In this document: positions 43,340 to 53,074 of the stretch, piece by piece | Numbering within the stretch: the first letter of the stretch is position 1 | Layout: each line of letters begins with the position of its first letter | Source: Leptonemataceae bacterium | GTDB taxonomy: Bacteria > Spirochaetota > Leptospiria > Leptospirales > Leptonemataceae | Assembly: GCA_965227295.1 (NCBI GenBank) | Contig: OZ245742.1 | Span: forward strand, 1,440,001-1,504,000 | Direction of reading: 5' to 3' | Length of the DNA stretch: 64,000 nt | Notes under the pieces: generated by a model | The model's database searches: none | Told to the model about the DNA's origin: nothing | What the model saw: only the letters and a program-made list of their open reading frames with translations | Program-made: the position numbers and the translations under genes

Positions 43340-44926
43340 ATGAAAGCTCTTTTTGTAAGCCAGAGCAATTCGCTGCGGCTGTTTTTCGATCTTTACCGCG
43401 ATATGCACGGGGCCGGTAAGATCGAAGCTTGCGGATTCTACGTTTCCGGCTCGGATTTCTACCGGAAGTTCGAGCACCGGGAGGCTCTGGATCAATTGCC
43501 GCTCTTGAAAGAGTGGGAGATCCTGGAGAGGGCTTCGCAGCGCAGCCCCGACCTCGACAAACTCAGAGTGTATGAGGAACGTTACGAGGATGTGACGCTC
43601 TGGCGAGCCTTAAATGCGGATCGGCGTATTTACTTCGGACGGGACGCGACATTCATCCAGGACTATCCGGCGCGGTTCGGACACGATCGTATGCTCGCGA
43701 TTCTTCAGACCGCCGTCGAAGACATCGAAGACTTCTTCGATCGTGTGCAGCCGGATTTCGTGGCGTCGTTTATTTGCGTCACCCTCGGCGAGTACCTCAT
43801 CTATCTCGTCGCGAAACGACGCGGCGTTCCCGTGGTCAACATGCGTCCGACGCGCCTGCGGAATTACTTCTTCGGAGGCGAGACGATTTTCGAGCCGTCC
43901 CTGGACTTACAATCAGAGTACGAGAAGTTGTTAAGAGACGGCTTGCCGGAGATGCAGCGCGAAGACCTTGAGGCTTATCTGGAAGGCGTGCGCGGCAGCC
44001 ACGCCATGTACGAGGGGGTGATGCCGGTTTCCGCCGTATATCGTGCCCGCATCTTCGCAGCGATCGGCGGATTGATCAGGAGCGGCTTTCGTTTTCTGGC
44101 GCACATCCCGGCGCTCATTAGAGAATGGTACGCTTATTCGTTTGGAGAGTATCGCCATGACAACAGCCACGTCCCGCGCACCCGACTCTCGCGCTTTCTT
44201 TTGATTCTGAAACCCTACCGACGTTTGGCGGAGCGCCGCGCCCTGAACCGGCACTACGCCGCGGTAAACAAGCTTCCGGCGGGCAGCTTCGTCTTTTATC
44301 CGCTGCATAAGGAGCCGGAACAAACCATGCAGGTCTACAGCCGGCCGTTTCAGAATCAGATCGAAGTCATTCGCAATCTTGCTCTGAATCTGCCCGTCAG
44401 TATGCGGTTGGTCGTCAAAGAACATCCGGTATCCGTAGGCTATCGACCGTTAACTTTCTATAAAAAGATATTAGCCATCCCCAATGTGATGATGGCCGCT
44501 CCGGAGACTAAAAGCAGCGCGCTCATCGAAAAAGCGAAGCTCGTGGCGGTGATCAGCGGTTCCGGCGCCCTGGAAGCGATTATGATGCGTAAACCCGCGT
44601 TGCACCTGGGGCGAGTCCCGTTTTCCATGCTGCCGGATTCCATGATCTCTCGGGCGGTGGACCTGTTTGAACTCGGCGAACTCATGCGCCGTATGATGCA
44701 TGAGCACAGTCACGACGAGGAAGCGTTGCTTGCTTATCTGGCCGCCGTGCAGAATCTTTCCGTTTCCGTAGATTGGTATACGCGCCTGCTGGGACGCGGC
44801 GAGGGTTTTCGCTTCGGCAACGGAAAGGAAAGCGCGGAAGAGTCGCGGGCAGCGCGCGCACAACAGATTCGCGATCTCGGAGATTACATATTGCGTCGGG
44901 CCGGCGTCAACAATGTGAGCGTTTGA
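43340..44926 (+). CDS. Capsule biosynthesis protein (KpsS-like), candidate nonulosonate transferase
   Basis: C-terminal YPLHKEPE, VKEHP, SG..ALEA pattern of the KpsS/Capsule_synth family; follows a neuBAC module. Confidence 0.62.
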   Translation: MKALFVSQSNSLRLFFDLYRDMHGAGKIEACGFYVSGSDFYRKFEHREALDQLPLLKEWEILERASQRSPDLDKLRVYEERYEDVTLWRALNADRRIYFGRDATFIQDYPARFGHDRMLAILQTAVEDIEDFFDRVQPDFVASFICVTLGEYLIYLVAKRRGVPVVNMRPTRLRNYFFGGETIFEPSLDLQSEYEKLLRDGLPEMQREDLEAYLEGVRGSHAMYEGVMPVSAVYRARIFAAIGGLIRSGFRFLAHIPALIREWYAYSFGEYRHDNSHVPRTRLSRFLLILKPYRRLAERRALNRHYAAVNKLPAGSFVFYPLHKEPEQTMQVYSRPFQNQIEVIRNLALNLPVSMRLVVKEHPVSVGYRPLTFYKKILAIPNVMMAAPETKSSALIEKAKLVAVISGSGALEAIMMRKPALHLGRVPFSMLPDSMISRAVDLFELGELMRRMMHEHSHDEEALLAYLAAVQNLSVSVDWYTRLLGRGEGFRFGNGKESAEESRAARAQQIRDLGDYILRRAGVNNVSV

Positions 44927-44930
44927 TCTT

Positions 44931-46001
44931 ATGAACGAACCAGGCACAGTTCAGATCGGTGATGCGGTAGTCGGTCCCGGGCGGCCGTGCTTCGTCATTG
45001 CCGAGGTGGCTCAGGCCCACGACGGTTCGCTGGGTTTCGCGCACAGCTACATCGACGCCGCGGCGGACGCCGGGGCGGACGCGATCAAGTTTCAGACGCA
45101 CATCGCCGGTGAAGAGAGCACCCGGGACGAACAGTGGCGCGTTAAGTTTTCGTACGAAGACGACAGCCGCTACGACTACTGGAAGCGCATGGAGTTTCTG
45201 CCGGAGCACTGGGTCGGCCTGGCCGAGCATGCCCGGAAGCGCGACCTTGTCTTTCTCAGCTCGGCCTTCTCGAAGCAAGCGGTGGAGTTGCTGGAGCGCC
45301 TGGAGATGCCGGCCTACAAGGTCGCCTCGGGCGAAACCGGAAGCGCGGCCCTGCTGGATATTATGATTCGCACGGGCAAACCGATCCTGATCAGCACGGG
45401 TATGTCGCCCTGGTCCGAGATCGACGCCTGCGTGGAGCGGGTGCGGGGCGCGGGCAACGCTGCGGCCGTGTTCCAGTGCACCAGCAAGTATCCGACGCCC
45501 CTTGATCAGGTCGGCCTCAACGTGCTCGAAGAAATAACGACGCGCTACAGTCTTCCGTCCGGTCTTTCGGATCATACGGGCACGGTGCATCCGGCTCTGG
45601 CCGCCATCTCAGCCGGTACGGCGCACCTTCTGGAAGTGCATGTTACCTTTCACCGGGGCATGTTCGGCCCGGATGTGCCGGCCTCCTTAACATTCGAAGA
45701 GTTAAAGCTAGTATGCGATCATCGTAACGCCGTCGAGCGTATGCGCCGGAATCCCGTGGATAAGGACGCCCTGGCCGCGGAGCTGGCGACCATGCGGGCG
45801 CTGTTCAACAAGAGCGTCGCGCTTAAAGAGGATCAGCCGGCGGGTACGATTCTAACCGAAGACATGCTCACAATCAAGAAGCCCGGTTCCGGCATCCCCG
45901 GCGGGCGCCTGCGTGAAGTGATCGGGCGGAAGCTCCGCGCTCCGGCGGCGGCGGATATGCTACTGGATCCGGCGCAGCTCGATCCGGAAATGCAATTATG
46001 A
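44931..46001 (+). CDS. neuB: N-acetylneuraminate synthase family protein (paralogue 2)
   Basis: IAEVAQAHDGS, IKFQTH, KVASGE, ISTGM, QCTSKYP, GLSDH, EVHVT, KKPGSG. Confidence 0.92.
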   Translation: MNEPGTVQIGDAVVGPGRPCFVIAEVAQAHDGSLGFAHSYIDAAADAGADAIKFQTHIAGEESTRDEQWRVKFSYEDDSRYDYWKRMEFLPEHWVGLAEHARKRDLVFLSSAFSKQAVELLERLEMPAYKVASGETGSAALLDIMIRTGKPILISTGMSPWSEIDACVERVRGAGNAAAVFQCTSKYPTPLDQVGLNVLEEITTRYSLPSGLSDHTGTVHPALAAISAGTAHLLEVHVTFHRGMFGPDVPASLTFEELKLVCDHRNAVERMRRNPVDKDALAAELATMRALFNKSVALKEDQPAGTILTEDMLTIKKPGSGIPGGRLREVIGRKLRAPAAADMLLDPAQLDPEMQL

Positions 46002-47197
46002 CAAACACCGACACCTCAGGTTCGCGACCGAGACGAGTTTGCGTGGTTCTGACTGACCGGGCGAACTACGGTCGACTATGGCCGGTGATGCGTGCCATTG
46101 ACAACGACGATCGCCTGGAGATGGTCACGGTCTGTACCGGCACCATGCTGTTGGAACGATTCGGCAAGGCTGAACGGATCGTGGAGCAGGACGGCTTCCG
46201 GATCGACGGGCGCATCTACATGGAACTGGAAGGCAGCGTTCCGGAGACCATGACTAAGTCCATCGGCTTCGGAATCAGCGAGTTTTCTTCCGAGTTCATG
46301 CGGCTGAAGCCGGACCTGGTCCTGGTGATCGGTGACCGCTACGAGGCCCTGGCCGCGGTGATTGCAGCGGCGTATCAAAACATCTGCATCGCGCACATTC
46401 AGGGCGGCGAGGTCAGTGGTTCCATCGACGAGAGTACCCGCCACGCGATAACGAAGTTCGCACACTATCATTTTCCTGCTACGGTACGAGCGGCGGAGTA
46501 CATCGTACGGATGGGGGAGAATCCCGATCATGTCTTTCATGTCGGCTGCCCCTGTGGCGATTTCATTCGTCCGCTGGAAGCCGATTTACCGGAGGATTTA
46601 TTTCAACGGACGGGCAGCGGGGCGACGTTGAGCCCGAACAAACCGTTCATACTCGTGATCTTTCATCCGGTTACGACCGGCTTCGGCAGTGAACTTCCGC
46701 AAACCGAAGAACTGCTGGCGGCCCTGTCCGGGCAAGAACACTCCGTGGTCTGGCTGTGGCCGAACATCGACGCCGGGGCCGATCATATCAGCAAAGCGCT
46801 CAGGCAGTATCGCGAGAAAAACAAGTCCGACGACTGGCTTTACTTCGCGAAGAACTTCGATCCGATCACGTTTCAAAAATTACTCAAGCGCACCGTCTGC
46901 GCCGTGGGCAACTCTTCGTCCTTCGTACGCGATTCGACTTTCTCCGGCACGCCGGTTGTGTTGATCGGTAATCGCCAGGAAGGCCGGGAGACCGGGAGCA
47001 ATCTTGTACACGTTAGACCGGAACGGGCTGAGATCAAAGCCGCCATCGATCGGCAATTGCGGCACGGTCGTTACGAACCGGATTCGTTATACGGAGACGG
47101 CAACGCCGCAGAACGCATCGCGGAGCATCTCAGAGAATTGAAGCTCTTCACGCAGAAACGTTTGCATTATATTTACGATGAGGGCGGTTCCGCTTGA
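45998..47197 (+). CDS. neuC: UDP-N-acetylglucosamine 2-epimerase, hydrolysing (paralogue 2)
   Basis: DRANY, GDRYE, HIQGGEVSGSIDESTRHAITK, HPVT, PNIDAG, GNSSS. Confidence 0.9.
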   Translation: MTNTDTSGSRPRRVCVVLTDRANYGRLWPVMRAIDNDDRLEMVTVCTGTMLLERFGKAERIVEQDGFRIDGRIYMELEGSVPETMTKSIGFGISEFSSEFMRLKPDLVLVIGDRYEALAAVIAAAYQNICIAHIQGGEVSGSIDESTRHAITKFAHYHFPATVRAAEYIVRMGENPDHVFHVGCPCGDFIRPLEADLPEDLFQRTGSGATLSPNKPFILVIFHPVTTGFGSELPQTEELLAALSGQEHSVVWLWPNIDAGADHISKALRQYREKNKSDDWLYFAKNFDPITFQKLLKRTVCAVGNSSSFVRDSTFSGTPVVLIGNRQEGRETGSNLVHVRPERAEIKAAIDRQLRHGRYEPDSLYGDGNAAERIAEHLRELKLFTQKRLHYIYDEGGSA

Positions 47198-47931
47198 GCG
47201 CCTCGCAGTCGTCTCCGGAAGGCGCCGTGCTTGGATTGATTGTGGCCCGGGGCGGATCGAAGGGGCTGCCCGGAAAAAACGTGCGGGACCTGCTCGGCAA
47301 ACCGCTCATCGGCTGGGTGAGCGAGAGTGCCGCAAACAGTGAGCGCATCGACGAGGTCGCAGTCTCCACCGACGACGATGACATCCGTACCGCCGCCGTG
47401 AACCACGGAGCCCGGGCGCCGTTTGTGCGGCCGCCCGAACTGGCAACGGACAGCGCTCTCGTGATCGACGTTATTCTGCATGCCCTGGACTGGTTCGAAG
47501 AGCACGAGCAAAAATTTTTTAAGTATGTCTGTCTCGCGCAGCCCACTTCTCCGGTGACCTCCGCCGGGGATTACGATCGAGCCATTGATCTCGCGTTTCG
47601 CGAAAATGCCGACACGGTTATATCGGTCTACCCGGTGGACCATCATCCGCACTTTCACTTTACGCTCGAAGAAACTACGTTCCGGGCGCAGTGGTTGTTC
47701 GGCGCCCCGGACGGAGCCATGCGTCGCCGTCAGGACCTCGGCGAGATCTACGCGCGCACCGGCAATGTCTACGTCTTTCGTACCGCGCTCTTGCGAGAGA
47801 AACGTTCTCTGTACGGCGATCGGATTCACGCCGTCATCGTTCCCAGGGAACGAGCAGTGACCATCGATACGGAGTACGACTTCGCGGTGGCCGAGCTGCA
47901 AATGAAACGCTACCTGGAACATCAAACATGA
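47194..47931 (+). CDS. neuA: Acylneuraminate cytidylyltransferase family protein (paralogue 2)
   Basis: ARGGSKGLPGKN, VSTDD, RPPELATD, QPTSP, IDTEYDF. Confidence 0.9.
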   Translation: MSASQSSPEGAVLGLIVARGGSKGLPGKNVRDLLGKPLIGWVSESAANSERIDEVAVSTDDDDIRTAAVNHGARAPFVRPPELATDSALVIDVILHALDWFEEHEQKFFKYVCLAQPTSPVTSAGDYDRAIDLAFRENADTVISVYPVDHHPHFHFTLEETTFRAQWLFGAPDGAMRRRQDLGEIYARTGNVYVFRTALLREKRSLYGDRIHAVIVPRERAVTIDTEYDFAVAELQMKRYLEHQT

Positions 47932-49433
47932 ATGCCGGCAACAACGGGGACTCACCGGCGGGGCCGGTGATCTTAATCGCCACCAGCCGAAACTTTACGA
48001 TTCGCTATCTGCTCTACTCGGACATCATGAGCACGCTGGAGCAGGCGGGAGCGCGTTTCGTCCTGGTGTTGCGAGACGGGGACCTGGACTACTACAGAGA
48101 AAAATTCAGCGGCCGTAACGTGGTGTTGGAGCCGCTGATGATCAATGCCAGTCGGAGCCTCATTCGTAGCACCGCCTTCGGCCGCATCTTTACGATGGCC
48201 CGGGGTATCATGAACGGCGGCGGTGGGGAAGTGAAGAATACCACCGTCGGCGTGCGGCGCAGTCAGATTCAACTGAGCGGAGCGATCGGTGTTCGCGCGC
48301 TGTTGGAACGTTTCACGGCCATCGTCCTCGGCAGCCTGGGAAGCCGCCTGCGCTTCCTCCGGAATTTCTTCGTTCGTCTCGAAGGATGGCTTATGCCGGG
48401 CCGCAATTACGATGACCTCTTTCGCCGGCACGCTCCGGACACGGCCATTGTTTCTTCGCTCGGTTTCGGAATCGATCCGTTGATCATGCGCAGCGCGCGG
48501 CGTAACGGATGTCCGGTGATTTCGATCATCCACAGCTGGGACAATCCGTCGACGAAAGGCTATCGCGGGGCCGATGCCGATCTGGTCATCACCTGGAACG
48601 AGGCCATGAAGCAGGAATTGCGTTACTTTCACGACATTCCGGAGCGCAACATAGAAATCGGCGGTGTGGCGCATTGGGACTTTTACTTCGACGGCCGGTT
48701 CGAAAAGCAAGCCAGCAGCCGTGACGAGTTCTTTCGCCGGTACGATCTGGATCCGCGGCGCCGGCTCTTGTTTTACGGTGCGGGCAGTAACAAGAATTTT
48801 CCGCGAACCTTTGATGTGATCGAAGGGCTCCTCGAACGCATGGCGGCCGGAGAGCTTGCGGAGCCCGCTCAGGTTTTGATGCGGCTGCATCCCGCGTACC
48901 TGGACCGCGGTCGTGTTCTCAAAGATGCCATCGTCCTGGACGAGTACAGAGATCGCATGGAACAACTTTCCCGGCGCTTTCCGGAGTTGGTTCGATTTAA
49001 CATTCCCCGGATGAAAGTGCTGACCGAAGACATCGACATGCCGCCGGAAGATATGCAGGACCTCGCCGAGATGATACACTTCTGCGACGCGCTCCTCAAC
49101 GAATACTCCACGCTCATGATCGAAGGCGCCGTTTTTGACGTGCCGGTCATCAATGTGGGCCTGTTTCATTTTCGAGATACGAATCTGCCGGCGAAGCATT
49201 TCGAAGAGTACTATCACATTCGACGCATTCTCGATACCGAAGCCTTCGACGCGGCGTACTCCTTCGAGGATCTGGTCGACCGGATCAACAGCGCGTTTCA
49301 AGATCCCGGGGCGCGGCAGGCCGGACGTCGGCGCCTGGTGGATCGCGAGTTGGCCTGGAATCGCGGAACCGCGGGGCGACGGATTGCATCGATGATCCTG
49401 GACCGGGTCGGTGCAGGTGGTAATAAATCGTGA
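47928..49433 (+). CDS. CDP-glycerol glycerophosphotransferase-like (GT-B) protein, candidate ulosonate transferase
   Basis: SWDNPSTKG, TWNE, RLHP, STLMIEG..FD.PVI. ATG 47928 overlaps the upstream stop (ATGA). Confidence 0.6.
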   Translation: MNAGNNGDSPAGPVILIATSRNFTIRYLLYSDIMSTLEQAGARFVLVLRDGDLDYYREKFSGRNVVLEPLMINASRSLIRSTAFGRIFTMARGIMNGGGGEVKNTTVGVRRSQIQLSGAIGVRALLERFTAIVLGSLGSRLRFLRNFFVRLEGWLMPGRNYDDLFRRHAPDTAIVSSLGFGIDPLIMRSARRNGCPVISIIHSWDNPSTKGYRGADADLVITWNEAMKQELRYFHDIPERNIEIGGVAHWDFYFDGRFEKQASSRDEFFRRYDLDPRRRLLFYGAGSNKNFPRTFDVIEGLLERMAAGELAEPAQVLMRLHPAYLDRGRVLKDAIVLDEYRDRMEQLSRRFPELVRFNIPRMKVLTEDIDMPPEDMQDLAEMIHFCDALLNEYSTLMIEGAVFDVPVINVGLFHFRDTNLPAKHFEEYYHIRRILDTEAFDAAYSFEDLVDRINSAFQDPGARQAGRRRLVDRELAWNRGTAGRRIASMILDRVGAGGNKS

Positions 49434-49451
49434 GTAGAAGTTAGAGAGCTT

Positions 49452-50201
49452 ATGCTGAAGTCCAGGCTGAAAAACAACGAGCAAACCATCGGATCCTGGG
49501 TCACGCTGGCGCATCCGCTCGTGCCCGAACTGCTGGCCCACGGCGGTTACGACTGGCTCTGTGTGGATCTGGAGCACAGCTCCATCGAACTCGGGGATCT
49601 CCTGCCGTTGCTCATTTCCATCGAAGCGAAGGGCATGGTTCCCCTGGTGCGCGTCGGTGAGAACGATGCGAATTTGATCAAACGCGTCATGGACGCCGGT
49701 GCTCACGGCGTGATCGTGGCGAACGTGCGCACGCCCGACGAAGCGAAGCGAGCCGTCAGCGCGGTGAAGTATCCCCCCAAAGGCAGGCGCGGTGTCGGTT
49801 TGTACCGCGCCCAGGACTACGGTCGGCGTTTCGATGACTACATTCGCTGGATGGAAGACGAGAGCGTGGTCATCGTGCAGATCGAACATATCGACGCCGT
49901 CGAGCATATCGACGATATCCTGAGCGTGGACGGGGTGGACGCGTTTATGATCGGGCCGTACGATCTTTCGGGTTCTCTGGGGATGCCCGGTAAATTAGAC
50001 GCACCAGAAGTTAGCGGGGCTGTCGAGCGCGTGCTGGAAGCGGGCCGCCGCCTGGGTGTGCCCGCCGGGTATCATGCCGTGCAACCGCAGCCGGACCTGG
50101 CCCGTTCGTGCATGGAACGCGGCTTTCGTTTCCTGGCCTACAGCACCGATGCGATCCTCCTGAGCACAGCCGCGGCTAAATCTATGGAGGGTCTGCGCTG
50201 A
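49452..50201 (+). CDS. HpcH/HpaI pyruvate aldolase family protein
   Basis: IGSW, DLEHS, LVRV, DAGA.GV, YPP.G.RG.G, QIEH, IGPYDLS. Confidence 0.92.
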   Translation: MLKSRLKNNEQTIGSWVTLAHPLVPELLAHGGYDWLCVDLEHSSIELGDLLPLLISIEAKGMVPLVRVGENDANLIKRVMDAGAHGVIVANVRTPDEAKRAVSAVKYPPKGRRGVGLYRAQDYGRRFDDYIRWMEDESVVIVQIEHIDAVEHIDDILSVDGVDAFMIGPYDLSGSLGMPGKLDAPEVSGAVERVLEAGRRLGVPAGYHAVQPQPDLARSCMERGFRFLAYSTDAILLSTAAAKSMEGLR

Positions 50202-50209
50202 GCCGTCCG

Positions 50210-51133
50210 TTGATCCGCGTCACGGCCAACGCGTTCTCGAAGAACGAAGCGTTGCGCGCACGGCTCGCCGATGCTTTTCCCGGTTGCGCCTTTAATGAAA
50301 CCGGGAAGCGTTTCACTCGCGGCGAGTTGATCGAGTTTCTGAGCGAGGCCGACGGAGCCGTCGTAGGTCTGGACGTAATCGACGACGACGTGCTTGCGGA
50401 GTTGCCGAAGTTACGCTGCATTGCGAAGTACGGTGTCGGACTGAACAACATCGACCTCGACGCCGCAAAAAAACGCAACGTCAGCATTCAATGGCGCGGC
50501 GGGGTGAATCGTCGCTCGGTGAGTGAACTGGCCCTGGCCTTCATGCTCGGCCTCGCGCGCAATGTCTTTCGTACCGGTTATCAGTTAAAGAGTGACGGCA
50601 CCTGGAATAAAAGCGGCGGCTTGCAGTTGAGCGAGAAAACCGTCGGCATCATCGGTTGCGGTTATATTGGAACGGACCTTTTGCAATTGCTGCAAGCGTT
50701 TCATTGCAACGTCTTGATCCACGACATCGTCGATAAGAGCGAAACGGCGACGCGCTTCGGTGCGCGGCTGAGTTCTTTCAACGATGTTTTGCGCAGCGCG
50801 GATTTCGTAACGTTGCACGTCCCGCTTACGAACCTGACGCATCACATGATCCGTACCGAAACGCTGGAGATGATGAAGCCGACGGCGTACTTAATTAACA
50901 CGGCCCGGGGCGAAATCGTGGACCAGGCGGCGCTGAAAGCGGCGCTTCAGAACGGGACGCTCGCCGGGGCGGCGTTGGACGTCTTTGACGAAGAACCTCC
51001 GGGAGATCTGGAGTTTCTGGCGTTGCCGAACCTCATGGTGAGCCCGCACATCGGCGGCAACGCTCGCGAAGCCGTGCTGGCCATGGGCGAGGCGGCCATC
51101 CAGGGGCTGCAAGATTATTTTTCGAATGACTGA
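50210..51133 (+). CDS. D-isomer-specific 2-hydroxyacid dehydrogenase (phosphoglycerate dehydrogenase-like)
   Basis: GVGLNNID, GIIGCGYIG, LHVPLT, INTARG, LDVFDEEP, PHIGG. Confidence 0.92.
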   Translation: MIRVTANAFSKNEALRARLADAFPGCAFNETGKRFTRGELIEFLSEADGAVVGLDVIDDDVLAELPKLRCIAKYGVGLNNIDLDAAKKRNVSIQWRGGVNRRSVSELALAFMLGLARNVFRTGYQLKSDGTWNKSGGLQLSEKTVGIIGCGYIGTDLLQLLQAFHCNVLIHDIVDKSETATRFGARLSSFNDVLRSADFVTLHVPLTNLTHHMIRTETLEMMKPTAYLINTARGEIVDQAALKAALQNGTLAGAALDVFDEEPPGDLEFLALPNLMVSPHIGGNAREAVLAMGEAAIQGLQDYFSND

Positions 51134-52193
51134 CTCGCAAACTTCAAATAATCAAAAGCTAAGAACAGGCATTGCGGGATTCGGCGTGGTCGGGTCCCGA
51201 CGCAAAACCTTTCTGGATCGAAACGCGGACTTCGAAGTCGTCGCGGTGTGCGATCAGAACTACCGGGAACGCACCGCGCTTCCGGAGCACGGCGGTATTC
51301 CGGCCTATCCGAACTACGAACAACTGCTTGAGAATCACGACCTGGACGTGCTCTTTGTTTGCCTTCCTAACAATATCGCGGCAGAAGTTACGATTGCAGG
51401 TCTGGAACGGCGCATGCACGTCTTCTGCGAGAAACCGCCGGGGCGCACCGTCGAAGATATTCGGGGCGTTATTGCTGCCGAACAAAGTCAAAGCGGCGTG
51501 AAGTTGAAGTACGGCTTCAATCACCGCTATCACGATTCGGTGCGAGAAGCGTATCGCATCATTCGCAGCGGGGAACTGGGCCGCATCATCAACCTGCGCG
51601 GGGTCTATGGGAAGTCGCGCATCGTTCCCTTTCACGGTAACTGGCGATCGGAGCGCAAGTTCGCCGGCGGCGGCATTCTGCTGGACCAGGGCATTCACAT
51701 GGTGGATCTCATGCGGCTCTTCTGCGGGGAGTTTGTCGAGGTGAAGAGCTTTGTCAGCAACGACTACTGGAACGAGGACGTCGAGGACAACGCCTACGCC
51801 CTCATGCGCGACGATCAGGGCCGTTTCGCGATTCTGCACAGCACGGCAACCGAGTGGGAGCATCATTTTTCGCTGCACATTTCTCTAACGGAAGGTTATT
51901 TAAAGTTACACGGCCTGCTTACCGGCTCGAAGAGTTACGGCGAGGAGGAACTGACCATCGGCCGCCGCGACGAGGAGACGGCCACCGGCAGTTCGCGCAA
52001 AGAAACGGTGAAGTACCTCGAGGACAACTCGTGGCGCGACGAGATCGCCGAGTTCGGTGACGCGATTCGCGGCCGCGGTGAGATCCAGAGCGGTAGCAGC
52101 GCCGACGCCCTGGCCACGATGCAACTGGTGTATCGCATCTACTGCGCGGACCCGGCCTGGAAACAGCGCTATGATATTGCGGAGCCGGGCTGA
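51126..52193 (+). CDS. Gfo/Idh/MocA family oxidoreductase
   Basis: GFGVVG, HVFCEKP, GFNHRY, GGGILLDQGIH. Confidence 0.92.
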   Translation: MTDSQTSNNQKLRTGIAGFGVVGSRRKTFLDRNADFEVVAVCDQNYRERTALPEHGGIPAYPNYEQLLENHDLDVLFVCLPNNIAAEVTIAGLERRMHVFCEKPPGRTVEDIRGVIAAEQSQSGVKLKYGFNHRYHDSVREAYRIIRSGELGRIINLRGVYGKSRIVPFHGNWRSERKFAGGGILLDQGIHMVDLMRLFCGEFVEVKSFVSNDYWNEDVEDNAYALMRDDQGRFAILHSTATEWEHHFSLHISLTEGYLKLHGLLTGSKSYGEEELTIGRRDEETATGSSRKETVKYLEDNSWRDEIAEFGDAIRGRGEIQSGSSADALATMQLVYRIYCADPAWKQRYDIAEPG

Positions 52194-52261
52194 CTTCCTC
52201 TATATCTTCGCGCCAGGGATTGGGATTCAAGAAGATAACTTTTATCCAGGAAAGATTTACA

Positions 52262-52320
52262 AGGGCGTTCCCCTCGCTGCGCTACGGTCCTCCGGGCTGC
52301 GCCCTCGGGACGCGCGCCTA
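52262..52320. repeat. REP-like GC-rich intergenic element
   Basis: Reverse complement contains GGACCGTAGCGCAGCG and ends ACGCCC, like 31977-32079. Confidence 0.4.
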
Positions 52321-52330
52321 ATGCAAGAAA

Positions 52331-53074
52331 ATGCAGCTAAGATTCGAAAACAGAACCGCGCTCGTGACCGGCGGCAGTCGCGGCATCGGTGAAGCCGCGG
52401 TAGAGGCTTTGCACGCGGCCGGGGCGAACGTCATTGCCACGGCCACCGGCGCGGACGCCGTCGCGAAACTCAACGAAGAACGCGGCGGGGAGCGCTTAAC
52501 ATACGTTGCACTGGACTTCAGGGACGAGGCGTCCGTCACGAAGGCGTTCGGAGAGTTCAAGGAGCTGCGGCGCATCGACGTTCTCGTAAACAATGCGGGC
52601 ATTAATAAGATTAATCCGATCACCGAGATGGACGACGACGACTGGGATCGCATCTACACCGTGAATCTGGAAGGAGTCTACCGGCTTACGAAGCTAGCGG
52701 CAAAAAAGATGAGTGCGCAGAAGTACGGTCGCATCGTGAACATCTCTTCGATCTTCGGCGTGGTGAGCAAGGAACAGCGCTCCGCGTACTCGGCGACAAA
52801 GTTCGGTCTGCTCGGATTTACGAAAGGAATCGCCCTCGATCTGGCGCCGGCCGGTGTGCTGGTGAACTGCCTTGCCCCCGGCTTCGTGGACACCGAGTTG
52901 ACGCGCAGCGTCCTGGGTGATGAAGGCATGGCGCAGATGGCCGCCCAGGTTCCCCTGGGACGATTGGCGCAACCGACGGAGATTGCCGACGCGATTTTGT
53001 TTCTCGCTCACGAGAAAAACAGCTTTATTACGGGGCAGAACATCGTTATCGACGGAGGTTTCGTCAGTGCCTGA
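52331..53074 (+). CDS. SDR family oxidoreductase
   Basis: TGGSRGIG, NNAG, SS, YSATK, PGFVDT, ITGQ...IDGG. Confidence 0.93.
   Translation: MQLRFENRTALVTGGSRGIGEAAVEALHAAGANVIATATGADAVAKLNEERGGERLTYVALDFRDEASVTKAFGEFKELRRIDVLVNNAGINKINPITEMDDDDWDRIYTVNLEGVYRLTKLAAKKMSAQKYGRIVNISSIFGVVSKEQRSAYSATKFGLLGFTKGIALDLAPAGVLVNCLAPGFVDTELTRSVLGDEGMAQMAAQVPLGRLAQPTEIADAILFLAHEKNSFITGQNIVIDGGFVSA

Noticed and set aside
47973-49907. 644-aa minus-strand ORF, and similar long antisense ORFs (39029-40369, 41914-43137, 16654-17838, 31036-32085)
   Set aside because: They lie opposite well-supported genes and have no motifs; stop-poor shadow frames are expected in GC-rich DNA.
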